Shown here: positions 31,827 through 40,759 of the stretch, one piece after another
How positions within the stretch are numbered: the first letter of the stretch is position 1
Layout of the letters: each line of letters starts with the position of its first letter
DNA from: Actinomycetota bacterium
Lineage (GTDB): Bacteria; Actinomycetota; Actinomycetes; Nanopelagicales; Nanopelagicaceae
Length of the DNA: 64,000 nucleotides
NCBI GenBank assembly: GCA_947451045.1
Contig: CANFXM010000001.1
Location: 5,793 to 69,792, forward strand
Reading direction: 5' to 3'
Translations under genes and position numbers: made by a program
Notes under the pieces: model-generated
The model's input: only the letters and a program-made list of their open reading frames with translations
Told to the model about the DNA's origin: nothing
Databases searched by the model: none

Positions 31827-31863
31827 CAAAATCCCCTCCGCCATATTGGTGGAGGGGATTTTG
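31827..31863 (+). terminator. Strong hairpin CAAAATCCCCTCCGCCA-TAT-TGGTGGAGGGGATTTTG followed by a T-rich run; probable intrinsic terminator of the permease
   Basis: 17-bp stem with one G-U pair, 13 nt after the permease stop. Confidence 0.8.
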
Positions 31864-31903
31864 CTTTGTAGATTTTATTCCTTCGGATAGATACGCTGAC
31901 TCC

Positions 31904-33262
31904 ATGAGCGCATTGAGTGTCGATCAATTACGTAAAGCCGTTGCCGATGGAAGCGTAGATACTGTCATTGTTGCAATGACAGATATGCAAGGACGTCTCA
32001 CAGGTAAGCGAATTCATGGCCAATACTTCTTAGATGAAGTTCTAAAGCATGGCACTGAAGGATGTAACTATCTATTAGCGGTAGATGTGGATATGAATAC
32101 CGTTGCAGGATATGAAATGTCTTCATGGGAACGTGGTTATAGCGATTTTGCACTTATGCCAGATCTCAACACTCTTCGGATGGTTCCATGGCAACCAGGT
32201 GCAGCAATGGTTCTAGCTGATGTTCAATGGCTAGATAACACAGATGTTGTTGCATCTCCCCGACAAGTTTTGCGTAAGCAAATTGCGGCGCTCGAAAAGG
32301 CAGGCATGGTCGCAATGTGTGGAACTGAACTTGAATTTGTCGTTTATAAAGATACATACGAAGAGGCGTGGAACAAGTCATATCGCGAACTCACACCTGT
32401 AAATCAATATAACGTCGATTATTCAATTATGGGTGGCTCTCGCATTGAGCCTCTTCTTCGCCGAATTCGTTTGGCAATGGCTGGTGCTGGAATGACTGTT
32501 GAATCAGTAAAAGGCGAATGCAATTTTGGTCAGCATGAAATTGCTTTCAAATATTCTGATGCGCTCTCCAATTGCGATAACCACGTAATTTATAAGAATG
32601 GTGCAAAAGAGATTTCTGCTGAAGAGGGATACGCACTTACATTTATGGCTAAGCCAAATATGAAAGAGGGAAACTCTTCCCATATCCATCTCTCTTTCCG
32701 CGGACTCAAGGGCGAACTCGTCATGGCTGATGATTCAGATAAAGTCGATGGGATGAGTGAGCTAGGTCGCCAATTTATTGCTGGCCAGGTTGCCCACCTT
32801 CGCGAACTCTCACTTCTATTTGCACCAAATATTAATTCATACAAACGCTATGTTCCTGGTTCATTTGCTCCAACTGCAATTCGTTGGGGACGCGATAACC
32901 GCACATGTGCACTTCGTTTAGTCGGACATGGCGCCGGACTTCGCTTGGAAAATCGTGTACCTGGTGGCGATGTGAATCCATATATGGCTGTTGCAGGAAT
33001 TATTGCTGCAGGCCTTGATGGAATAAATAAGAAAATGAAATTAGAACCTGCCTTCCAAGGAAATGCTTACGCATCCGATTCAGAGCGCGTGCCTGCATCA
33101 ATGAATGAAGCCCTAGATCTATGGGAGAAGAGCGCCTGGGTCAAAGAGACTTTTGGCGCGGAAGTTCAAGCACACTATGCAAATATGGCTCGAATTGAAA
33201 TTTCAGCATACGGAAGCGCAGTTACCGATTGGGAACTCTTCCGCAACTTCGAAAGGTTCTAA
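31904..33262 (+). CDS. glnA4: Glutamine synthetase-like gamma-glutamyl amine ligase, GlnA4 type
   Basis: DMQGRL.GKR, LDEVL.HGTEGCNYLLAVD.DMNTV.GY.MSSWE.GY recalled as GlnA4-like; ELEF, GQHEI, ENRVPGGD.NPY; followed by ALDH and SDR genes as in the actinobacterial glnA4 locus. Confidence 0.8.
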   Translation: MSALSVDQLRKAVADGSVDTVIVAMTDMQGRLTGKRIHGQYFLDEVLKHGTEGCNYLLAVDVDMNTVAGYEMSSWERGYSDFALMPDLNTLRMVPWQPGAAMVLADVQWLDNTDVVASPRQVLRKQIAALEKAGMVAMCGTELEFVVYKDTYEEAWNKSYRELTPVNQYNVDYSIMGGSRIEPLLRRIRLAMAGAGMTVESVKGECNFGQHEIAFKYSDALSNCDNHVIYKNGAKEISAEEGYALTFMAKPNMKEGNSSHIHLSFRGLKGELVMADDSDKVDGMSELGRQFIAGQVAHLRELSLLFAPNINSYKRYVPGSFAPTAIRWGRDNRTCALRLVGHGAGLRLENRVPGGDVNPYMAVAGIIAAGLDGINKKMKLEPAFQGNAYASDSERVPASMNEALDLWEKSAWVKETFGAEVQAHYANMARIEISAYGSAVTDWELFRNFERF

Positions 33263-33265
33263 ATC

Positions 33266-34624
33266 GTGTCAACTACGTATGACGTAATCAATCCAGCAAC
33301 TGAATCAATTGTAAAAACAATTGAGCACTATGACCTTGCTGCAACAGATAACGCAATTGCCAAAGCTGCTAAAGCCTTCGAAAGTTGGCGCGCGATTTCA
33401 CCTGGTGATCGTGGCAAACTCTTGCGTCGTTTTGCCGACGTAGTTGCAGATCACAAAGAGGAACTCGCACTCCTGGAGATCACTAACTCTGGCCATGCCC
33501 GAGGTAATGCACTCTGGGAAGTTGATAATGTCGTCAACACACTTACATATTATTCTGCTGCACCTGAGCGCCTCTTTGGTCGACAGATTCCAGTTCCGGG
33601 CGGCATCGATGTAACGTTCAAAGAACCACTCGGCGTTGTTGGAATTATCGTGCCCTGGAATTTCCCAATGCCAATTGCTGTCTGGGGTTTTGCTCCAGCA
33701 CTCGCTGCAGGAAATACCGTCGTACTCAAGCCTGCCGAATACACGCCACTGACAGCAATTCGACTTGGTGAGTTAGCACTAGAGGCTGGAATTCCTGAAG
33801 GTGTCTTTAATGTTTTGCCTGGTAAAGGCAGCATTGTTGGAAACCGTTTTGTAACTCATCCCCTTGTGCAAAAGATTGTCTTTACTGGTTCAACTTCCGT
33901 TGGTAAATCAATCATGGCTGGATGCGCCGATCAGGTAAAGCGAGTAACACTTGAATTGGGTGGCAAGAGTTCAAATATCATCTTTGCAGATAGTGATTTA
34001 GATAAAGCTGCAGCAAATGCACCCGGTGCCGTCTTCGATAATGCTGGCCAAGATTGCTGTGCTCGCTCACGCATTCTTGTACAGAAGTCTGTTTTTGATT
34101 CTTTCATGGAAAAGTTTGAAGTCGGAGTCAAGAAATTCCGAGTTGAAGATCCCAATCTTGCGACATGTGACATGGGACCACTTATTTCTAAGAAACAATT
34201 TGAGGCTGTGCAGACATTCCTTGATGAACCCGTTGCTTTTACAGGTAGCGCACCAAGTGGAAGTGGTTATTGGATGCCTCCAACAGTTCTCATGCCAAAG
34301 AATGCTCAAGCACGTTCATGGCGCGAAGAAGTATTTGGGCCAGTAGTTTCTGTCCTTACGTTCGAGGATGAGGCTGAAGCAATTGCAATGGCTAATGATT
34401 CTGAATATGGCTTAAGCGGTTCAATCTGGACTCGCGACATTGGTCGAGCACTTCGCGTTTCACGCGGTGTTGAAACAGGAAATCTCTCAGTCAATAGCAA
34501 TTCATCCGTACGTTTTTGGACACCATTTGGTGGATTCAAACAATCTGGACTTGGCCGCGAATTAGGACCAGATGCGCTCGACTCATTTACAGAAGTAAAG
34601 AATGTATTTATCTCTAACGACTAA
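33266..34624 (+). CDS. Aldehyde dehydrogenase (AldC / gamma-glutamyl-aminoaldehyde dehydrogenase-like)
   Basis: IVPWNFP, FTGST, LELGGKS, GQDCCARSR, EEVFGP, PFGGFKQSG.GRE. Confidence 0.88.
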   Translation: MSTTYDVINPATESIVKTIEHYDLAATDNAIAKAAKAFESWRAISPGDRGKLLRRFADVVADHKEELALLEITNSGHARGNALWEVDNVVNTLTYYSAAPERLFGRQIPVPGGIDVTFKEPLGVVGIIVPWNFPMPIAVWGFAPALAAGNTVVLKPAEYTPLTAIRLGELALEAGIPEGVFNVLPGKGSIVGNRFVTHPLVQKIVFTGSTSVGKSIMAGCADQVKRVTLELGGKSSNIIFADSDLDKAAANAPGAVFDNAGQDCCARSRILVQKSVFDSFMEKFEVGVKKFRVEDPNLATCDMGPLISKKQFEAVQTFLDEPVAFTGSAPSGSGYWMPPTVLMPKNAQARSWREEVFGPVVSVLTFEDEAEAIAMANDSEYGLSGSIWTRDIGRALRVSRGVETGNLSVNSNSSVRFWTPFGGFKQSGLGRELGPDALDSFTEVKNVFISND

Positions 34625-34661
34625 ACTCACACAGATAATCTAAAGAATAGAAGAGGACATC

Positions 34662-35432
34662 ATGGCAGAACGTTTAGAAGGTCGCGTCGGCGTTATTACT
34701 GGCGGCGGAAGCGGAATCGGATATGCAACTGCGCTGCGTTTTGCTCAAGAAGGAGCAAAGGTTGTAATCGTCGATACGAATCCTGAGTCTGGTGAGAAAG
34801 TTGCCAAAGAAGTTGGCGGAATTTTCGTAAAAGCAGATGTTACAAATGCCGATGATGTAGCACGCATGTACAAGACTGCATTTGATACATATGGTCGTAT
34901 TGATATTGCATTCAATAATGCTGGTATTTCGCCACCTGATGATGATTCGATTTTGACTACAGGTATCGATGCGTGGGAGCGCGTACAACGCGTGAACCTC
35001 ACAAGTGTTTATCTTTGCTGTAAAGAAGTACTTCCATACATGCTCAAGGCTGGCAAAGGATCAATTATCAATACAGCATCCTTCGTCGCGACGATGGCAT
35101 CAGCTACATCACAGATTTCTTACACTGCATCTAAAGGTGGAGTACTTGCTATGAGTCGCGAACTCGGAGTTCAGTTTGCTCGCCAGGGTGTTCGTGTGAA
35201 TGCTCTATCTCCTGGACCAGTCAACACTCCCCTGTTGCAAGAACTCTTTGCAAAAGATAAAGAGCGTGCAGCTCGTCGCCTCATTCATATTCCATTGGGG
35301 CGCTTTGCCGAAGCTAGCGAACTTGCAGCAGCAGTCGCATTCTTAGCATCTGATGATTCATCTTTTATTACAGCATCTAACTTCTTAGTAGATGGTGGAA
35401 TTTCAGGAGCGTACGTAACTCCGCTGGACTAA
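34662..35432 (+). CDS. Short-chain dehydrogenase/reductase of the glnA4 locus
   Basis: TGGGSGIG, NNAG, Y.ASKGG, V.GG.SGAYVTP C-terminus. Confidence 0.88.
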   Translation: MAERLEGRVGVITGGGSGIGYATALRFAQEGAKVVIVDTNPESGEKVAKEVGGIFVKADVTNADDVARMYKTAFDTYGRIDIAFNNAGISPPDDDSILTTGIDAWERVQRVNLTSVYLCCKEVLPYMLKAGKGSIINTASFVATMASATSQISYTASKGGVLAMSRELGVQFARQGVRVNALSPGPVNTPLLQELFAKDKERAARRLIHIPLGRFAEASELAAAVAFLASDDSSFITASNFLVDGGISGAYVTPLD

Positions 35433-35435
35433 TAC

Positions 35436-36164
35436 TTACTTGCGTTGAATCGGCGCAATCGCGATGCGATCAAGAAATCGATCAACTAAATCGTAGCCAC
35501 GTTGATTTGCACCTGCTTCATTCTTCATTGTCTGCGCCCGCAAATCATTGACATCAATTCCTTCATCTTCTACTTCAGCACAACCGCCATCCATTGCTAA
35601 CCACAGCTCTAAAACATTGGGATCGATTTCGGGGTGGAATTGCAAACCCAAAGTGCGCCCGAATGTAAAGGCTTGCGGACAAAGCTGCGTCCGAGCAATT
35701 TCAATTCCTTGCGGTGGAACGGTAAAGCGATCCCAGTGATACTGAAACCAAGGACCTGATGGAATAAATGCTTCATCATCACTTTGAATTTCATACCATC
35801 CAAGTTCTGCATGCGGTGAGCGCGAAACCGTGCCACCTAAAATTCGCGCCATGAGTTGTCCGCCAAAACAAATTCCTAAAATAGGAATTCCGGCATTATG
35901 CGCGGCTCTCAAATTTTCAATTTCTGGTGCTAGCCAATTACCAATGCGTTCGTCTTCATAGGCACCCCAAGGCGCACCCATAACAACAATGACTTCAAAA
36001 TCAAAAAAATTTGGCCACTCGACTTTTACGTTGGGGGTATGAAAATGTGCTTCATCAACAATGAGAAATCGAACAATCTCATATCCGCGTTTTTTGAACT
36101 GTGCCCAAATCGGACCTGCTTCACTTACGTGATCGTGTTCAATGAATAGAACGCGCTTTAACAT
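35436..36164 (-). CDS. Class I glutamine amidotransferase (GMP synthase-like, stand-alone)
   Basis: GICFGGQ nucleophile elbow and QFHPE His-Glu pair. Confidence 0.85.
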   Translation of the reverse strand: MLKRVLFIEHDHVSEAGPIWAQFKKRGYEIVRFLIVDEAHFHTPNVKVEWPNFFDFEVIVVMGAPWGAYEDERIGNWLAPEIENLRAAHNAGIPILGICFGGQLMARILGGTVSRSPHAELGWYEIQSDDEAFIPSGPWFQYHWDRFTVPPQGIEIARTQLCPQAFTFGRTLGLQFHPEIDPNVLELWLAMDGGCAEVEDEGIDVNDLRAQTMKNEAGANQRGYDLVDRFLDRIAIAPIQRK

Positions 36165-36169
36165 GTCTT

Positions 36170-37138
36170 CTATTTTTGGATTCGAATCGGTTGTTGTCCA
36201 CGAGCTATCAAACGGTCAAAGTAGATTTCTCGTTTTTCATTGAAGCGATCTGATTCCTCAGTCGCACCCGCAATAAAAGTTGCAAGTTCGTCACGAGCAG
36301 CCTGACCATCACCGCTGAAATCTTCGCGATCAAAAATATTCCAAGCACGAAGCACTGGGGCAACAACATCATCAAGGTGCTGTTGCATGTCATAAATTCC
36401 AGCTAATGCGATTTGAACAGCCTTACGTCCAAAACCTGGCATTCCCGCACCTGGCATATCAAAATTTGTCACAACGTCTGTGATTGCACGCATGGCCTCA
36501 TTTGGTGCTAAATCAATGGCCTTACCTAATAAGTTACGATAAAAAATCATGTGTAAATTTTCGTCAAGTGCAATACGTTGCAACATATTTTCACAAATAG
36601 GGTCATCTGAAATCTTGCCCGTGTTTCGATGGGATATACGCGTAGCTAATTCTTGAAATGAAACATATGCAACTGTATGCAACATGTCGTTGTCATAAGG
36701 AGTTTGGTAACCCTGCGACATATGTGCCATACGAAGATCTTCCAACTCATAAGGATTCACGCCGCGCGTTGCCATGAGGTAATCACGCATAACGATTCCG
36801 TGGCGGTTTTCTTCGGCAGTCCAACGTTCAACCCAATTACCCCATGCGCCATCGCGGCCCATCGATATTGCAATTTCAGTGTGATAGCTCGGAAGATTAT
36901 CTTCGGTCAACAAATTCAAAACTAACGAATCTTGCGCAACAGTAGAAAGACGTGAATCTTTTGCTTCCCATGCATCACCATTGAGCGGGCCAGCAAAGTT
37001 ACGGCCTTCAGACCATGGGACATAGTCATGCGGATACCACTCTTTTTGTATTTCTAAGTGGCGGGCTAACTCAACTGCAACGGTAGGTTCGAGATCTCTA
37101 ATCAGACGAGATTGGAGTTCCGGGTCAATTGAGGCCAT
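36170..37138 (-). CDS. desA: Acyl-ACP desaturase (DesA-like, di-iron)
   Basis: W.PHDYVPW, TEDNLP.YH, WTAEENRH, FQELAT, DENLH. Start placed at ATG 37138. Confidence 0.88.
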   Translation of the reverse strand: MASIDPELQSRLIRDLEPTVAVELARHLEIQKEWYPHDYVPWSEGRNFAGPLNGDAWEAKDSRLSTVAQDSLVLNLLTEDNLPSYHTEIAISMGRDGAWGNWVERWTAEENRHGIVMRDYLMATRGVNPYELEDLRMAHMSQGYQTPYDNDMLHTVAYVSFQELATRISHRNTGKISDDPICENMLQRIALDENLHMIFYRNLLGKAIDLAPNEAMRAITDVVTNFDMPGAGMPGFGRKAVQIALAGIYDMQQHLDDVVAPVLRAWNIFDREDFSGDGQAARDELATFIAGATEESDRFNEKREIYFDRLIARGQQPIRIQK

Positions 37139-37175
37139 TAGGCAACGGTAATGCACTACCAGCATTACTCGCTAG

Positions 37176-37859
37176 TTATAGATTCTTTTCCGCTCGTAAT
37201 TTCGCTTGTGTTGCTCGCCACTTTGCAATTTCACCATGGTTTCCACTGAGCAATACCTCAGGCACTGAGATCTCACGCCATGTTTGTGGTTTTGTAAAAT
37301 TCGGATACTCAAGATATCCCTCACTGTTGTGTGATTCTTCAGATAAAGATTCAGGATTACCTAATACTCCAGGCAATAATCGTGTAATTGCTTCGATCAT
37401 CACCATGGAAGCAACTTCGCCTCCACCTAGAACGTAGTCACCAATCGAAACTTCTAGAACATTAATGTTTCTCTCTTTGAACTCATCACGTGAATAATAT
37501 TGGCGAACACGATCATCGATTCCTTCATATCGACCGCAAGCAAATATTAATTGCTTTGAATTCGTAAGTTCTTGCGCCATCTCTTGAGTAAACCGCTTTC
37601 CTGCAGGAGTAAGTACAACAAGGGTTGCTCCATCCTCAATAATCGAATCAATTGCTAGTCCCCATACTTCAGGCAGCATCACCATTCCCGCGCCTCCACC
37701 ATATGGAGTGTCATCGACTGTGTGATGGTTATCTGTTGTGAAAGCACGTAAGTCATGCACGTTTATTTCTAGGATTCCCTGACCTTGTGCTTTACCAAGC
37801 AAGGAAAGGCGCATCGGAGCAAAATAATCTGGAAAAATAGTTATCGCATCTATTTTCAT
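37176..37859 (-). CDS. trmD: tRNA (guanine37-N1)-methyltransferase
   Basis: [32 protein letters not shown]. Confidence 0.96.
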   Translation of the reverse strand: MKIDAITIFPDYFAPMRLSLLGKAQGQGILEINVHDLRAFTTDNHHTVDDTPYGGGAGMVMLPEVWGLAIDSIIEDGATLVVLTPAGKRFTQEMAQELTNSKQLIFACGRYEGIDDRVRQYYSRDEFKERNINVLEVSIGDYVLGGGEVASMVMIEAITRLLPGVLGNPESLSEESHNSEGYLEYPNFTKPQTWREISVPEVLLSGNHGEIAKWRATQAKLRAEKNL

Positions 37860-38359
37860 ACGACTTCACCGGTGAGATCAGGTGGAATTACCGTCATCCT
37901 TTTTGCTTTGATATCAACTACCGGAACTAATTGATGAACAAATGGAATAAGTGTTTCACCATGCGAAGTTTGTATCGCGAGGAGATCTTGACCTGGAAGA
38001 TTTATGACATCACTAACTTCACCGAACTTATCGCCATTTTCTAGATATGCGATACATCCGATGAGTTGTAGAACGTGGTAATCGTCTTCATCCTCATTCT
38101 GCTCATCAATATCTACTTCGGAATAAAGCAGCGTGTCTTTGTATTTTTCAATTCCATTACGGTCGGTAATTCCCTCGAATCCAAGTAGCAAAATTCCATT
38201 ATGGACTCTGCCCGAAATAATCGTGAGATCACCGAACTTATCTGTTTCTACACGCGCACCCAATGCAAAACGAGTTTCTGGATCATCAGTTCGAACTTCA
38301 ATGGTTGCTTCACCAAGAATTCCGTGAGCGCGACCAATTCGCCCCACGAGTAAGCGCAT
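37856..38359 (-). CDS. rimM: Ribosome maturation factor RimM
   Basis: [16 protein letters not shown]; position between the KH gene and trmD. Confidence 0.93.
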   Translation of the reverse strand: MRLLVGRIGRAHGILGEATIEVRTDDPETRFALGARVETDKFGDLTIISGRVHNGILLLGFEGITDRNGIEKYKDTLLYSEVDIDEQNEDEDDYHVLQLIGCIAYLENGDKFGEVSDVINLPGQDLLAIQTSHGETLIPFVHQLVPVVDIKAKRMTVIPPDLTGEVV

Positions 38360-38367
38360 CGTTGTAG

Positions 38368-38607
38368 TTAGCGACCTTCGTCGGTCTCAATGAGATCGAC
38401 GCGGATCGTACGACCAGCGAGCGCACTCACAACTGTGCGAAGTGCTTTTGCAGTGCGACCATTACGGCCAATGACCTTACCGATATCTTCGGGATTGACT
38501 CTTACTTCAAGTGTTGTACCTCGACGATGAGTCTTCTCTTTTACAACGACATCTTCAGGATTATCAACGATTCCCTTTACCAAATGTTCGAGGGCTTCAT
38601 CCATCAT
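38368..38607 (-). CDS. khpA: KH-domain RNA-binding protein
   Basis: ALEHLVKGIVD.P, GKVIGRNGRTA.ALR. Confidence 0.9.
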   Translation of the reverse strand: MMDEALEHLVKGIVDNPEDVVVKEKTHRRGTTLEVRVNPEDIGKVIGRNGRTAKALRTVVSALAGRTIRVDLIETDEGR

Positions 38608-38609
38608 TC

Positions 38610-39152
38610 TTACTCAGCACTCACTTCTTCAACGGCTGCTTCAACAACTGGTGTCTCTTCAACTACTGCAGGTGCTTCTTCTACAACAGCTTCAACAACT
38701 GGTGTCTCTTCAACGGCAGCAGGGGCTTCTTCTACAACTGGATTGGCTTTGGCAGCTAACTTCTCTTGTGCTTTTTTCTTCAGAGTTGTTGCGCCTTCTT
38801 TTGGTTCATCCATTGCTTGCTTGACTGCTGCTTCGTATGCAACATTCTTTCCAACGCGAGGTGCTGCAACACGCAGTGTGCCTTCAGTTCCAGGCAATCC
38901 CTTGTGCTTTTGCCAATCTCCTGTGACCTTCAACAAAGCCTCTACTGCTGAAGTTGGAAGTGCACCAACGCTAAGCCAATAAAGAGCGCGCTCAGAGTTA
39001 ATCTCAATGAGTGAAGGTTCTTGTCCTGGAACATAGCGACCGATCTCTTCAATTGAAAGACCGTTACGTGCTTTACGTGAATCTGTTACAACAACGCGAA
39101 AAAATGGTGTGCGGATTTTTCCCATGCGCATAAGACGAATTTTTGTAGCCAA
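38610..39152 (-). CDS. rpsP: 30S ribosomal protein S16 with long acidic C-terminal extension
   Basis: KIRLMRMGK...P.FR.VV.DSR, WLSVGA.P. Start TTG 39152 with SD AGGAG about 9 nt upstream. Confidence 0.94.
   Translation of the reverse strand: MATKIRLMRMGKIRTPFFRVVVTDSRKARNGLSIEEIGRYVPGQEPSLIEINSERALYWLSVGALPTSAVEALLKVTGDWQKHKGLPGTEGTLRVAAPRVGKNVAYEAAVKQAMDEPKEGATTLKKKAQEKLAAKANPVVEEAPAAVEETPVVEAVVEEAPAVVEETPVVEAAVEEVSAE
38638..38739. repeat. Two-copy 51-bp tandem repeat within the rpsP tail (VVEEAPA[A/V]VEETPVVEA)
   Basis: Units start at 38638 and 38689 (gcttcaacaactggtgtctcttcaac...). Confidence 0.85.
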
Positions 39153-39288
39153 GAAAGTTGTACTCCTATAAGTGTGTGCCGTATCAGTTGATCGCAGCGG
39201 GGTGCGCAATCAAAAGATCTGACTGTGGATTTCTAATGTTGGCGGGGGTAGAGGGCCCCATCAACAGGTTCCATATTCTGCCATTCCC

Positions 39289-39310
39289 GCCCATATTTAC
39301 GAAATTGGGC
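39289..39310 (-). terminator. Short hairpin after the ffh stop (GCCCA...TGGGC); possible terminator
   Basis: Imperfect stem of about 9 bp immediately after the ffh stop; no clear U-tract. Confidence 0.35.
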
Positions 39311-39311
39311 G

Positions 39312-40748
39312 CTACTGGCCCTCCTCTAATGCGCGTTTAGCTGGATTTCCAGACTTGGACTTCTTCTTCTGTGGTGCGCTCTTTGTGGGGCCTTTAGGCA
39401 TAGCTGGCATACCCATTCCACTCATTGCCGGTGGCATACCTCCGTTACGCACTTGCTTCATCATTTTTTGCGCGGCGCTGAAGCGTTCTACTAAAGAATT
39501 TACATCTGAAACTTTTCGACCACTTCCCAATGCAATGCGAGCACGACGCCCACCATTGAGAACCTTTGGATCGCGACGCTCTATCGGTGTCATTGATTGA
39601 ACAATTGATTTAGTGCGAACAAGTTCGGATTCATCAAAGTTATCCAGCTGCTTTTTCATAGCTCCGGCTCCAGGAAGCATCGAGAGCATTTTCGACATTG
39701 AACCCATCTTCGACATTGCTTCTAATTGTTCCAGAAAATCTTCAAGTGTGAAATCTTCACCGTTTTCAAATTTCTTTTCCAACTTTGCAGAAGTCTCTGG
39801 ATTGAAAGCTTTCTTTGCTTGCTCGGCAAGTGTTGCCACATCGCCCATTCCTAATATTCGAGAGGCCATGCGATCGGGATAGAAGATATCGAAATCAGTG
39901 AGTTTCTCACCTGTTGAGGCGAACATAATCGGACGTTTAGTAAGCGATGTTATTGAGAGTGCTGCTCCACCACGTGCGTCTCCATCTAGTTTGGTGAGAA
40001 CAACGCCATCAAATCCCACACCATCGAGAAATGCTTGCGCTGTTCGAACTGCATCTTGCCCAATCATGGCATCGACGACAAAAAGGATTTCATCTGGCAT
40101 GACAACATCACGTATATCGCGCGCCTGCTTCATTAAATCTTCATCGATACCAAGGCGTCCCGCAGTATCTACAATCACCATGTTATATAACTTCGCTTTC
40201 GCAAAAGCGATTCCGTCTCGCGCAACTTTTACTGGATCACCAGTACCGCTTCCAAGTTCAGGGGCAAATACTGGAACGCCAATGCTGTCTCCTACAACTT
40301 GCAATTGTGTTACTGCGTTAGGCCGCGCTAAATCAGATGCAATGAGTAGTGGGGTATTTCCTTGATCGGCATAAAACTTAGCCAGCTTGCCCGCAAGAGT
40401 TGTTTTACCTGCTCCTTGTAAACCAGCGAGCATGATCACTGTTGGAGGATTCTTTGCCAAACGAACTCTGCGCGCGGATCCACCAAGTATTTCGACTAAT
40501 TCTTTATTTACAATTTCGAAAATTGCACTTGCTTGATTAGTTCCTGATTGCAATGTCAATAATGCAGCTAATGATTTTTCTTCAATAGTTGCAACAAAGT
40601 CCTCAACAACGCTTTGGGCTACATCTGCTTCTAATAATGCTAAGCGAATATCCGCGCAGGTAGCTTGAATATCACTTGATGATAATTTTCCCCGAGTGCG
40701 AAGGGATGAGAATGCTCCACTTATTCGCGTCGTTAGTGATTCAAACAT
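39312..40748 (-). CDS. ffh: Signal recognition particle protein Ffh
   Basis: GLQGAGKTT, DTAGR, TKLDGDARGG, Met-rich M domain. Confidence 0.96.
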   Translation of the reverse strand: MFESLTTRISGAFSSLRTRGKLSSSDIQATCADIRLALLEADVAQSVVEDFVATIEEKSLAALLTLQSGTNQASAIFEIVNKELVEILGGSARRVRLAKNPPTVIMLAGLQGAGKTTLAGKLAKFYADQGNTPLLIASDLARPNAVTQLQVVGDSIGVPVFAPELGSGTGDPVKVARDGIAFAKAKLYNMVIVDTAGRLGIDEDLMKQARDIRDVVMPDEILFVVDAMIGQDAVRTAQAFLDGVGFDGVVLTKLDGDARGGAALSITSLTKRPIMFASTGEKLTDFDIFYPDRMASRILGMGDVATLAEQAKKAFNPETSAKLEKKFENGEDFTLEDFLEQLEAMSKMGSMSKMLSMLPGAGAMKKQLDNFDESELVRTKSIVQSMTPIERRDPKVLNGGRRARIALGSGRKVSDVNSLVERFSAAQKMMKQVRNGGMPPAMSGMGMPAMPKGPTKSAPQKKKSKSGNPAKRALEEGQ

Positions 40749-40759
40749 AGGAGCAGAGC

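Noticed and set aside
38527-38982. 151-aa Ser/Thr/Ala-rich ORF on + with repeats
   Set aside because: It is the antisense shadow of the repetitive rpsP tail and has no independent start signals.
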